This document shows, one piece after another, positions 30,966 through 39,961 of a stretch of 64,000 bases of DNA. Position numbers and translations under genes: made by a program. Under the pieces are notes generated by a model, which saw only the letters and a list, made by a program, of their open reading frames with translations, did no database searches and was not told the DNA's origin. How positions within the stretch are numbered: position 1 is the stretch's first letter; each line of letters opens with the position of its first letter. Source of the DNA: an uncultured Boseongicola sp. (GTDB taxonomy: Bacteria > Actinomycetota > Acidimicrobiia > Spongiisociales > ZC4RG35); the NCBI GenBank assembly GCA_964194555.1, contig CAXMMT010000050.1, positions 5,842 through 69,841 of the forward strand, given 5' to 3'.

Positions 30966-32600
30966 TCAGTCGAAGACGTCCGACTCCAGCTTAGTGAAGA
31001 CCGGTTTGACCTCGGCCAACGTCGTCCCACCCGCCACCGCAGGTGCGGCCCACTTTTTGACCTGCGGGTCGAGGCCGATCAATGTTCCGATTGTCTCCGA
31101 CGAAAACGGCAGATAGGGCGTCAGGGAGACGCGGATTGCTGAAATAGCCTGGATCGCGGTCCACAGGATTGTTCCGCCACGGACAGGGTCATCTTTCAAC
31201 ACCCTCCACGGTTCGGTCGCGTTCAGATAGGCGTTGACCTCGGCGGCAGCTTCCAGCGCGGTTCTCAGACCGGCCCGCAATTCCACCTTCTCGATGTGAT
31301 CAGCGACCGCATCGAGTGTGGCCGGCCCGAGGTCGAGGATGACCTGATCGACTTTGGTCAGATCACCTGGCTCCGGAACGGCTCCGTCGAAATTGTTGGC
31401 ACTCATCGAGAGCACCCGGTTGATCAGGTTGCCCCAGGTGGCCACCAGCTCCTCGTTGACCCTCCGGATGATCTCATCGTCGGATAGGTCGGTGTCGTTC
31501 TGTTCGGGAAGAACGGCGGCGATGGCGTAACGGAGAGCGTCGGGTTGGAGACGGCCGGCATAAAACCCGATCGAGTTTCCCACCCCCTTGGACTTGGAGG
31601 CTTTCTGGCCTTTGAACGTTATGTACTGGTTGGCCGGGACGTTGGTGGGCAGGTTGAGGCCGCCATGACCCATCAGCATCGCCGGCCAGATCACTGTGTG
31701 AAACGGGATGTTGTCCTTGCCCACTATGTAGTAGGACTCGGCCTCGGGGTCCTTCCACCACTTCTCCCAAGCATCCGGGTCATCGGTCATCGAGGCCCAC
31801 TCGATCGAGGCCGACAGATAGCCGATCACGGCGTCGAACCACACATAGATCTTCTTCCCGGGACCGAGGTCGTCAACCGGAACGTTGACACCCCAGTCGA
31901 TATCCCTGGTCATTGCCCTGACCGGCATGTCCTCGACCATTCCCAGCGCCCAGTTCTTGACGTGCTTTCGCCAGGTGGTTTGGGACTCGATCCACTCCCG
32001 AAGCCGGTCAGCGAAGACCGGGAGCTGCAAGAAGAAGTGCTCGGTCCTACGCAACTCGGGTATCGCTCCGGTCAGCTTTGACCGCGGGTCGATCAGATCC
32101 GTGGCGTCCAGAGTGCGACCGCAGTTTTCGCATTGGTCACCACGGGCATCCGAGTAGTCGCAGTGCGGGCATGTCCCTCCGACGTAGCGGTCGGGGAGAA
32201 AGCGCCCGGCATCAGGGTCGTAGAATTGTTCGGAGCTGTCTTTGGTCAGGTATCCGGCTTCGAGCAGTGTGAGGAAGAACTCCTGGGTCACGGAGTGGTG
32301 ATTCTCGGTCATCGTGGTGGTGAACAGGTCGAACGAGATTCCGAGCGTTTCCCAGTAACCGAGAATCTCTGGGTGGTACTTGTCCACGACCTCCCGAGGC
32401 GTGATCCCCATCTCGTCGGCCTTGACGGTGATCGGTGTGCCGTTGGCGTCGGATCCGGAGACCATCAGAACGTCGTTGCCTGCGATGCGGTGGTAGCGGG
32501 CAAAGATATCGGCCGGTAGATAGGCGCCGCCCAGATGTCCCAGATGCAGCGGGCCCGAGGCGTATGGCCAGGCAACTGCGACAAGTATTCGACGACTCAT
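30966..32600 (-). CDS. metG: methionine--tRNA ligase
   Basis: HIGH motif (HLGH), a KMSKS variant (KASKS) and a Zn knuckle (CPHC...CENCG). Confidence 0.95.
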   Translation of the reverse strand: MSRRILVAVAWPYASGPLHLGHLGGAYLPADIFARYHRIAGNDVLMVSGSDANGTPITVKADEMGITPREVVDKYHPEILGYWETLGISFDLFTTTMTENHHSVTQEFFLTLLEAGYLTKDSSEQFYDPDAGRFLPDRYVGGTCPHCDYSDARGDQCENCGRTLDATDLIDPRSKLTGAIPELRRTEHFFLQLPVFADRLREWIESQTTWRKHVKNWALGMVEDMPVRAMTRDIDWGVNVPVDDLGPGKKIYVWFDAVIGYLSASIEWASMTDDPDAWEKWWKDPEAESYYIVGKDNIPFHTVIWPAMLMGHGGLNLPTNVPANQYITFKGQKASKSKGVGNSIGFYAGRLQPDALRYAIAAVLPEQNDTDLSDDEIIRRVNEELVATWGNLINRVLSMSANNFDGAVPEPGDLTKVDQVILDLGPATLDAVADHIEKVELRAGLRTALEAAAEVNAYLNATEPWRVLKDDPVRGGTILWTAIQAISAIRVSLTPYLPFSSETIGTLIGLDPQVKKWAAPAVAGGTTLAEVKPVFTKLESDVFD

Positions 32601-32628
32601 TCAGCCAGCTTAGATTCGGGGACGTCGT

Positions 32629-33537
32629 CTATCGCGATGTGGCGATGCCAGGCTCGGGTACATGGGGGGTCGCTCGCTCAGCCAGGATGACACCGGCGAC
32701 GATCACCACCGCCCCTCCCAGGATGGCCGGTGTCAGTGTTTCGCCGAGGAAGATCACCGCAAGTGTGACCGCCACCACGGGAACGCTGTAGCCGGTGAGA
32801 GCCAGTCGAGAGGCTGGATTGAGCCCGGCGGCAATCAGGAAGGCCGTGAAAGCCAATGTGGTCCCAATGGCTCCGACACCGGCCAAAAGCCACCAGCTCG
32901 TCCCATCGATTGAGGCAACGTCGATATCCCATAGGAGTGGCACGGCAACGAACAGGACCACAGTGTTGACGGTGAATTGCGGCAAGACCAGATCATCGCT
33001 TGGTACTTCGAGGGCGAATCTTCGGCTGAAGGCACCGCCGATGCCCGCCAGGATCACACCCACTGTCACATACAGAACGCCGCGCCAGAGATTGTCGACG
33101 CCTTCCACCGTCGTGCCTCCGATGCCGACGAGGACAGCCGAACCGACCAAAGCGATCACGAGTCCGGGCAGTGACCTGACCTGAAATCGTTCACCATCGA
33201 CGACGAAGTGAGCGGCTGCGATGGTGGAGAGCGGTATCAGCGCGATGAGAAGGCCGCCAAGACTCACCGGGAGATCTTCGAGCGAGAGTGACATCAGAAG
33301 CATTGGCAAAGCCATTCCGACAATGCCCAATACGAAACCGCGCTTCCATGCCCTGACACTTCGTGTGCCGAATCGTCCTGTTATGGCGATGACAATTCCG
33401 AGCGAGACCATTGCGAACGCCATCCGAATGGGAACCAAGGTGAATGCGTCAACCCCCCGCAGAATCACTGCGCGTGTGAGGACGGCCGATGCACCCCAGC
33501 CGAGCGTGCAGCCAATGAGGGGGGTCCAGGGGTTCAT
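32629..33537 (-). CDS. DMT-superfamily (EamA-like) transporter
   Basis: 10-TM protein with duplicated EamA-like halves. Confidence 0.75.
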   Translation of the reverse strand: MNPWTPLIGCTLGWGASAVLTRAVILRGVDAFTLVPIRMAFAMVSLGIVIAITGRFGTRSVRAWKRGFVLGIVGMALPMLLMSLSLEDLPVSLGGLLIALIPLSTIAAAHFVVDGERFQVRSLPGLVIALVGSAVLVGIGGTTVEGVDNLWRGVLYVTVGVILAGIGGAFSRRFALEVPSDDLVLPQFTVNTVVLFVAVPLLWDIDVASIDGTSWWLLAGVGAIGTTLAFTAFLIAAGLNPASRLALTGYSVPVVAVTLAVIFLGETLTPAILGGAVVIVAGVILAERATPHVPEPGIATSR

Positions 33538-33635
33538 GAGGTGGGAAACCTAACCGTCCTAGCCCTCCGGCCAACCTCGCGGGTCGGGGGTCACTGGCTC
33601 AATGAACAGCATCGGAATGCCGATATCCTGTTCAT

Positions 33636-34748
33636 ATGCGCATTCGCCCCATCTCATTCCTGATGGTTCTTGCACTTGTCGTCGCCGCTTGCGGTGGTGG
33701 CGAAGCCGGCAACCCGACGTCTTCACCGGATGCGACGACTACAACGGCACCCGAGGGGACGACAACGACCGAGGCTCCGATTGAAGCCAGTTCGCCTGAC
33801 GCCCTCCCACTCAGCTATGCCCTCGAGGCCGGGGCTACGTTCGAGTACGAGGTCGGAATCGACCAGCAGATCGAGATGAGTGCCACGGGCGAGGCATCGG
33901 CCATAGGTGACGAGGAGATTCCAGGGAACGCCTCGATCAACCTGGTCGGCACGACGATCTTCACCCACTCCGTTGCCGAGGGTCCGGATCCGGACACATA
34001 TGAGATCACGATCAAAGGTGACTTCACCGATCTTCAGATAACAGGGACCATCGACGGCGAGCCCATTGATCAAGCAGAACTCCCCGATTTTGCCGAGATG
34101 GAGGCCATCGACGTTACGGTTGTGGTCGACGAACAGGGCAACATCATCACCGATGACGACATGTTTGGTGACGCCTTGGGCGGCGACCTCGGCGGTTTCG
34201 GCGACTTGGGCGCGCCCGGAATGGATCCCGGACGGTTCGTCGGCCCTCCCTTCGCCGACCGCCCGGTGACGGTTGGTGATAGCTGGTCCGAGACCATTGA
34301 AATCCCGATGTTCATGAGCGGGGAGCCCATAGTGACCCAGATCGACAACGAGGTGACCGCCTCCGAGACGATTGACGGTCACGAAGTCCTCGTGATCGAA
34401 ACCACCTCGACGACGTCGATGATCGATTTTGATCTTGCGGAGTTTCTCATCGGGTTCTTGCGGGCGTTCGTCCCGGGTGACGCCACGGACGAAGATAAGG
34501 CCGAGATCGATTCCATCACAGAGGAGCTTCGTTTCTTGCTTGTCATAGAGGAGACGGTTTCCAACATGACGACGTGGTTCGACGCCGAGGCGGGATACGC
34601 CCGTCAGGCCGAGTTCTCCATGAGCACGAGCATCGTCATGGACATCAACATGCCCGACGACGAGACGGGTGAGATGGTCACGTTCGGGATGGAGATGAGC
34701 ATCGCCCAGGATGTGACTTATCGCCTGATCGACGCCTCCAACGCGTGA
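33636..34748 (+). CDS. secreted acidic lipoprotein, function unknown
   Basis: Signal peptide with lipobox (LVVAAC) and a Thr-rich linker. The composition is very acidic, and the antisense ORF is Arg/Gly-rich junk. Confidence 0.6.
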   Translation: MRIRPISFLMVLALVVAACGGGEAGNPTSSPDATTTTAPEGTTTTEAPIEASSPDALPLSYALEAGATFEYEVGIDQQIEMSATGEASAIGDEEIPGNASINLVGTTIFTHSVAEGPDPDTYEITIKGDFTDLQITGTIDGEPIDQAELPDFAEMEAIDVTVVVDEQGNIITDDDMFGDALGGDLGGFGDLGAPGMDPGRFVGPPFADRPVTVGDSWSETIEIPMFMSGEPIVTQIDNEVTASETIDGHEVLVIETTSTTSMIDFDLAEFLIGFLRAFVPGDATDEDKAEIDSITEELRFLLVIEETVSNMTTWFDAEAGYARQAEFSMSTSIVMDINMPDDETGEMVTFGMEMSIAQDVTYRLIDASNA

Positions 34749-34769
34749 CAAGGGTCGTTTGTTGGTGAG

Positions 34770-35702
34770 ATGAGTTCCTCCGAAGTCTGGGAGCATGCCC
34801 GGGGATGGTCCGTGATGCGCCCTTTCGTCTATTACCAACGAGAGAACTTCATCCCTGAAGGTCTTATCGAGGGGCGCGACGTCATCGACTACTCCGCGGG
34901 TCTGGGGGATCTCTCGGCGTATGCCTCATCGTTAGGCCCGTTGAGCCTGATCGCCACGGTCCCAGAGGAGGGAGCGCCCTGTCCCCCACTGTTGCCGGAT
35001 TCGGTGGAATGGGTGACCGGCGTCAGCGCTGACCGGATTGGCGAACTGCTACCCGCAGAGAGCGCTGACGTGATCTTGGCGCGCATGGTCATACAGTTCC
35101 CAACGGTCGAGAGCGATGCCGTCGATGTCGACCAGATCCTGGTGCAGATGCGCGGAGTCCTGCGCACAGCCGGCTCCATGGTCATCACGACCCACAGCTT
35201 CTTCTCGTTGCCGCGATTCAACGGTGACCATTCACTTGTCGACGACTATCTGGCGGCAGTCGAGGCCGACGTCCTTCCTCTCCTCGATGCGAAAAGTGCC
35301 TTTACCCGGGGAATCGCTCGGGAAACGGCGGGTCTCGTCGAGCTCGTGCGCTACCTCGACTTGCCTCCACGGGAAGGCCCGCTCGGTCAGACGGGTTTCG
35401 GCCTGAAGATCCCGATGTTGGTCAACTCGGCCGTTGCGCAAGGCTTCACGGTCAACAGTGTTGAGGAAATCGAGCCTTTCACATACCCCACCGGCCTCCA
35501 GGAGAGCTTCGCCGACAACACCGACGCAATGATCGAGCTCGGAGATCGGGTGATGTCCATCAAGCGGCGGTACCTCACATCCGTCGAGGCAAGGGATCCC
35601 TACCAGAGACCAGCCGTCTTGGCGAGAATGATTGCTGAGATTCGGCGGCTACTACCCGTGACGACCGTGCCGATCGTTCGTCTCTGCATAACGAAGAAGT
35701 AG
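34770..35702 (+). CDS. putative class I SAM-dependent methyltransferase-like protein
   Basis: Weak motif I (VIDYSAGLGD) and a post-I/II pattern (ADVILARMVIQF). Low-confidence functional call. Confidence 0.45.
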   Translation: MSSSEVWEHARGWSVMRPFVYYQRENFIPEGLIEGRDVIDYSAGLGDLSAYASSLGPLSLIATVPEEGAPCPPLLPDSVEWVTGVSADRIGELLPAESADVILARMVIQFPTVESDAVDVDQILVQMRGVLRTAGSMVITTHSFFSLPRFNGDHSLVDDYLAAVEADVLPLLDAKSAFTRGIARETAGLVELVRYLDLPPREGPLGQTGFGLKIPMLVNSAVAQGFTVNSVEEIEPFTYPTGLQESFADNTDAMIELGDRVMSIKRRYLTSVEARDPYQRPAVLARMIAEIRRLLPVTTVPIVRLCITKK

Positions 35703-35741
35703 TCGAATCACTGCTTGGCGTCGCCGATACTCTGCGCGTTG

Positions 35742-36137
35742 ATGACATCGAGAAAACATGTATCGCTCTGGCTGATGTCAGTGTTCTACGTGGCCAACGG
35801 GGTGAACCACTTCGTCAATCCCGAGGCATACCTGCTGATAATCTCCGATTTCGTTCCCTGGGCGCTTGCGGTCGTCTACGTGTCTGGTCTTGCCGAGATC
35901 GTCCTTGGCGTCGGAGTCCTGTTCGCGTCGACACGGGTAATGGCAGCCTGGGGATTGATCGTTCTGTTGCTGGCCGTCTTTCCGGCCAATATCAACGTGG
36001 CAGTCAACAATCTCGCGTTCCTCGGTACAGAGCCCAACACGGCACTGGCCTGGCTGCGTCTTCCCGTCCAGGTTGTCCTCATTGTGTGGGCGTGGTGGTA
36101 CACGCGGTCCGACGAGGCTGGAACCGGGCCGGGGTAG
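35742..36137 (+). CDS. DoxX-like family membrane protein
   Basis: 4 TM helices with ..NGVNHFVNPEAY.. and ..AVFPANINVAVN.. as in DoxX-like proteins. The start could instead be TTG 35715. Confidence 0.55.
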   Translation: MTSRKHVSLWLMSVFYVANGVNHFVNPEAYLLIISDFVPWALAVVYVSGLAEIVLGVGVLFASTRVMAAWGLIVLLLAVFPANINVAVNNLAFLGTEPNTALAWLRLPVQVVLIVWAWWYTRSDEAGTGPG

Positions 36138-36147
36138 TTCGCATTGT

Positions 36148-36990
36148 CTACCGCCGGGGGCGACCCCGCCATGTGGTGTAGACGTGTTTCATCATCGCCA
36201 GCGAGTAGGCGGGCAGAGTGTGCAGTTCTTCTTGATCTGGCGGCACATGAGGCTCATCTCGAGGCTCGGTGTCTCCGAGATTTCGCACAAGGATATCCAC
36301 TGAGTTCGATTCCTCGTCTTCGTCTTCGGCTGGGATGTCCTCATCAAGCTCATCTATCTCCGGCTCAGAAACCGGATCGACGACAATCGGAAGCCGTATC
36401 GCAGAGGTCTTGGCCTCGACGAGCTCGCTCCGCATCTCCGATACTCTCTCTCTGAGGAAAACTGTCTCGGTTTCGGCCTTGGCCGCTCTCTCCCGGGCCT
36501 CTGCGAGCTGCTGACCCGCCTCATGGAGATTTCCCAGTTGTATCAGCATCTTGTTCCACGCGTCGAGAGGGACCAGCATCGTCCCCTCGGGGATTTCCGG
36601 CTCCGCTGTGTCTTCTTCGATGGCTTCCGGTTCTCGTGGCTCTGGCTCCCGTTCTGGCTCCCGCTCTTGTGTGTCGATGATCGGTGGGGGCGTGGGCGTC
36701 ACAAGTTTGCGTCCGAGCCTTTCCGCACGCTGCTGGATTCCTTTGAGCGACACCATCCGCAACTGACCGACGGGCGTCTCCTCCAGATAGGTGGGTACGG
36801 AGTCGCGTCGAGCCCACTTGCGAAGTGTGGAGACAGGAATTCCGGTGAGATCGGTAGCTTCGCGCAACGTGATCCAGTCGACGTCGTCGCGATCGACGTT
36901 GTCGGACCGCTGCTCATGCCGTCCCTTTGTGGCCTTTGATGAGCGAAGTGCCTCAGATTCCCAGAGAAAGGCGGTGTCGCTGTCAGCCAT
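36148..36990 (-). CDS. HTH (MerR/excisionase-like) DNA-binding protein with acidic low-complexity and coiled-coil regions
   Basis: HTH at ITLREATDLTGIPVSTLRKWARRD, then an EREPEREPEPREPE repeat and a predicted coiled coil. ATG 36990 was chosen because the longer ORF reads through repeat copy A. Confidence 0.55.
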   Translation of the reverse strand: MADSDTAFLWESEALRSSKATKGRHEQRSDNVDRDDVDWITLREATDLTGIPVSTLRKWARRDSVPTYLEETPVGQLRMVSLKGIQQRAERLGRKLVTPTPPPIIDTQEREPEREPEPREPEAIEEDTAEPEIPEGTMLVPLDAWNKMLIQLGNLHEAGQQLAEARERAAKAETETVFLRERVSEMRSELVEAKTSAIRLPIVVDPVSEPEIDELDEDIPAEDEDEESNSVDILVRNLGDTEPRDEPHVPPDQEELHTLPAYSLAMMKHVYTTWRGRPRR

Positions 36991-37015
36991 GGCCCGGATC
37001 ATACGGGTAGCTCCC

Positions 37016-37181
37016 TGGTGGTGTGTCGCCCAAATAATCACCGCATCTCTCCGGCCCTTGACGCCCCTGGCTTCATCCTCCGCCTCAACGCATCTCGCCG
37101 ATGCGCCTTCGTTGTGCGTCCTGGCCAGATGACGCCGAGGACTCGGACATATGCTGGCGCTATTTCCACGACACACCACTA
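37016..37181 (+). repeat. structured intergenic repeat, copy A (divergent copy)
   Basis: About three quarters identical to copies B and C. Terminal arms tggtggtgtgtcg / cgacacaccacta pair, and the apical hairpin is cgcatc-tcgcc-gatgcg. Confidence 0.8.
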
Positions 37182-37214
37182 GGTTGGCGGCCGAGGAGGC
37201 CCCTGCAGCATCTG

Positions 37215-37826
37215 ATGACATCTTCGAGAGCCCAAGCAATGCCGTCAGAGGAGGAGGTGCGTTCCCTCGTCGAGCGAATTGTCGATGGTGTCGTTGATCA
37301 CGAAACACAGTTCTTGCCTGAGGATTCTCTCGACCATACAGACTCCCAAGCCCCGGTCTTCGATCCCCTCGGCATCATCGCCGTTGGAGCCGACCACGGC
37401 GGCTATCCGCTCAAGGAGCGGATTTCGTTCAGACTGAAGGAAGCCGGCTGGGAGGTCGTCGACTGTGGAACCGACTCCAAGGAGGCGGTTGACTACCCGG
37501 AGTATGCCCTCGCCGTGGCCCGGAAGGTTGCTGATGGCGAATGCCGGTGGGGGATCATGATCGATGGCGCCGGCATCGGGTCTTCGATGGTTGCCAACAA
37601 AGTGGCCGGTGTTCGGGCAGCGCTTTGTTACGACGTTTCCTCGGCTCGCAACAGTCGTGAGCACAATCACGCCAACGTCCTAACGCTTGGGGCGGGTCTC
37701 ATCGGGGACGGGTTGGCGTGGCAGATCGTGGAGGAGTGGTTGTCCACTGAGTGGGCAGGGGGTCGTCATGCCCGTCGGGTTGCCATGATCGACGCGCTGG
37801 ATCAGCAATACTCCAGACCTGAATGA
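37215..37826 (+). CDS. rpiB: RpiB/LacA/LacB-family sugar-phosphate isomerase with N-terminal extension (BMC cargo candidate)
   Basis: Core motifs IAVGADHGGYPLKE.., ..MIDGAGIGSSMVANK.., ..NSREHNHANVLTLGA. A ~45-aa extension contains EEEVRSLVERIVDGVV. The start is ATG 37215 or ATG 37239. Confidence 0.85.
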   Translation: MTSSRAQAMPSEEEVRSLVERIVDGVVDHETQFLPEDSLDHTDSQAPVFDPLGIIAVGADHGGYPLKERISFRLKEAGWEVVDCGTDSKEAVDYPEYALAVARKVADGECRWGIMIDGAGIGSSMVANKVAGVRAALCYDVSSARNSREHNHANVLTLGAGLIGDGLAWQIVEEWLSTEWAGGRHARRVAMIDALDQQYSRPE

Positions 37827-37838
37827 AGAAGTCGTGTC

Positions 37839-38672
37839 ATGAATCGTGAGGCTCTGGTCGAAGCCATCACCCGAGAGGTCCTCTCGGCGCTCTCCACTCG
37901 ATTCGATATGGCCGAGACGGGAGACAAGGTTCGGGAGGTCGTCGCCAATGGCGCCGACCGGGTCGCCTTCCACGGTGAGGCGGCGGATGTCCCGCTCGAT
38001 GTGGCGCAGTACATCGATCACACCCTCCTCGCGGCTGACGCAACGGCTGAAGACATCGACGTTCTCTGTTCCGAAGCCGAGCAGTACGGGTTCGCCTCGG
38101 TCTGCATCAATCCCACATGGGTGAAACGGGCCGCCAAGAACTTGCGAGGAACCAGGGTGCCCGTGTGCACGGTCATCGGTTTTCCACTTGGCGCCACCAC
38201 CACCGAAATCAAGGCCACCGAGGCAAGAAAGGCTCTCCGCGACGGCGCCCGTGAGATCGATATGGTCATAAACATCGGAGCCCTCAAGTCGGGTGACCAC
38301 GAACTGGTATACAACGACATCGCCAAGGTTGTGGACGCGTCTCGCGAGACGGGGGCGATTTGCAAGGTGATCCTGGAGACAGCCCTCCTCACAGATGAGG
38401 AAAAAGTGATTGCTTCGGCGCTGGCGAAGAGAGCAAAGGCGGACTTCGTGAAAACCTCAACCGGGTTCGGGCCCGGCGGAGCAACGGTCTATGACGTAGC
38501 CCTGATGCGCGAGACCGTGGGACCCGACATGGGCATCAAGGCGTCCGGTGGTGTTAGAACTGCCGATGACGCCGAAGACATGATCGCGGCCGGCGCCACC
38601 AGGATCGGTGCTTCCGCGGGTGTGCAAATTGTTGGCGGATCAGATGGAGGAGATAGTGGCGAAAGGTATTGA
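37839..38672 (+). CDS. deoC: deoxyribose-phosphate aldolase with ~55-aa N-terminal extension (BMC cargo candidate)
   Basis: DeoC core (IDHTLL..., IDMVINIG, Schiff-base Lys in [17 protein letters not shown]). The N-terminal [16 protein letters not shown] helix is absent from ordinary DeoC. Confidence 0.9.
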   Translation: MNREALVEAITREVLSALSTRFDMAETGDKVREVVANGADRVAFHGEAADVPLDVAQYIDHTLLAADATAEDIDVLCSEAEQYGFASVCINPTWVKRAAKNLRGTRVPVCTVIGFPLGATTTEIKATEARKALRDGAREIDMVINIGALKSGDHELVYNDIAKVVDASRETGAICKVILETALLTDEEKVIASALAKRAKADFVKTSTGFGPGGATVYDVALMRETVGPDMGIKASGGVRTADDAEDMIAAGATRIGASAGVQIVGGSDGGDSGERY

Positions 38673-39285
38673 GCTCAGGTCCTACGCGTTTCTGGACAGC
38701 TTGCAGCCGCAATATGCGGCGTTTCTGGGAACCGTTGCCCAAGGATTTCTTCCTCTGGCAGGGGATGCCTCGCTCTGGGTCGAGGTGGCACCCGGAATCG
38801 AGATCAATCGTCTGACCGACGTTGCCCTCAAGTCCACAGGCGTCAAACCGGGTCTTCAGATCATCGAGCGGTATTTCGGCGTGCTCGAAGTCCACTCTCC
38901 GGATCAGGCCGAGGTGCGAGCCGCAGGTGAGGCCATACTCGAAGGCATCGAGCACTCAGAGGATGACCGTATGAAGCCTCGCATTCTCAGCTCGCAAATC
39001 ATCCGGCGGATCGATGATCATCACGCCCAGCTCATCAACAGGACGAGACACGGAGAGATGATCATCCCGGGTCAGACTCTCTATGTCCTCGAGTGTGAAC
39101 CGGCGGCCTACGCATCATTGGCTGCCAACGAAGCTGAGAAGGCTGCCGAGATAAACGTGCTCGAGGTGCGAAGCTTCGGGTCGATGGGTCGCATCTACCT
39201 CGGTGGCGAGGAGCAAGACATCGATGTGGGATGGCAAGCGGCTGTGGCCGCGTTGGAAGGTCTGACGGGAAGAGAATCTGAATAA
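38644..39285 (+). CDS. BMC-T shell protein, permuted tandem BMC domains (CsoS1D / Haliangium T2-T3-like, double-stacking type)
   Basis: ..[58 protein letters not shown] closely resembles characterised permuted BMC-T proteins. The start is ATG 38644 or GTG 38656, overlapping the deoC end. Confidence 0.85.
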   Translation: MEEIVAKGIELRSYAFLDSLQPQYAAFLGTVAQGFLPLAGDASLWVEVAPGIEINRLTDVALKSTGVKPGLQIIERYFGVLEVHSPDQAEVRAAGEAILEGIEHSEDDRMKPRILSSQIIRRIDDHHAQLINRTRHGEMIIPGQTLYVLECEPAAYASLAANEAEKAAEINVLEVRSFGSMGRIYLGGEEQDIDVGWQAAVAALEGLTGRESE

Positions 39286-39324
39286 TCAAAGTTCCGATTG
39301 AGAACGAAGGAAAGGAGGAGCTTC

Positions 39325-39627
39325 ATGGCTGAAGCTCTGGGAATGATCGAGGCGCGCAGCTACCCGGCGATGGTGGAGGCGGCCGATGCCATGGTCAAGG
39401 CGGCCAAGGTCGAGTTGGTGAGCATGGAAAAGACAGGCGGGGGCTACATAACTGCCCTTGTCCGTGGTGATGTTGCGGCGGTGAAGGCCGCGGTCGACGC
39501 GGGTGTTCGCGGTGCCGAGAAGGTCGGCGAAGTGACCGCTACCCATGTCATTGCCCGTCCGCATGTCAACGTGGATCTCGTGTTGCCTCTGGGCCGTCAG
39601 GATCAGGCGCAGGACGATCTCGGCTGA
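39325..39627 (+). CDS. BMC-H hexameric shell protein (PduA/EutM-like, PF00936 type)
   Basis: [30 protein letters not shown]...[17 protein letters not shown]...HVIARPH. A strong RBS (aaaggaggag) precedes ATG 39325. Confidence 0.92.
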   Translation: MAEALGMIEARSYPAMVEAADAMVKAAKVELVSMEKTGGGYITALVRGDVAAVKAAVDAGVRGAEKVGEVTATHVIARPHVNVDLVLPLGRQDQAQDDLG

Positions 39628-39652
39628 CCAACTCGAGAAACAGGAGAGACCC

Positions 39653-39961
39653 ATGCATCTAGGCAGGGTCGCTGGAACCCTTGTAGCCAGCCGTAAGGAA
39701 GCCCTTTTGTCGGGGATGAAGTTCCTTGTTGTGAGACAGGTCAACGAGGCAAACCAGGAGACAGGGACATATGTGGTGGCTGCCGACGCTGTCGGTGCCG
39801 GGTTGGGCGAAGTGGTCTTATACGCCTCAGGCAGTTCGGCGCGTCAGACGGAGATGACCAAGGATCGTCCATGCGACGCCGTGATCATGGCGATCGTGGA
39901 CACCTGGGACATCGGTGGCGAAGTCAGGTACCACAAGGGTGAGGAGGAAGCCGCTGGATAG
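39653..39961 (+). CDS. BMC-P pentameric vertex protein (EutN/CcmL family), paralogue 1
   Basis: [15 protein letters not shown]...[24 protein letters not shown]...[12 protein letters not shown] aggagag. Confidence 0.9.
   Translation: MHLGRVAGTLVASRKEALLSGMKFLVVRQVNEANQETGTYVVAADAVGAGLGEVVLYASGSSARQTEMTKDRPCDAVIMAIVDTWDIGGEVRYHKGEEEAAG

Noticed and set aside
33723-34838. 371-aa ORF antisense to the lipoprotein gene 33636..34748
   Set aside because: Both strands are open, so a choice was needed. The + strand product has a signal peptide with lipobox and a coherent acidic composition. The minus strand product is Arg/Gly/His-rich without features.
37101-37214. Longer N-terminus for rpiB starting at ATG 37101, and likewise long N-termini for ORFs 36148..37308, 45341..46078 and 57790..58824
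   Set aside because: These extensions read through copies of the intergenic repeat. Their translations are not conserved between copies in a coding-like way, since the differences include indels and stem-compensating changes.
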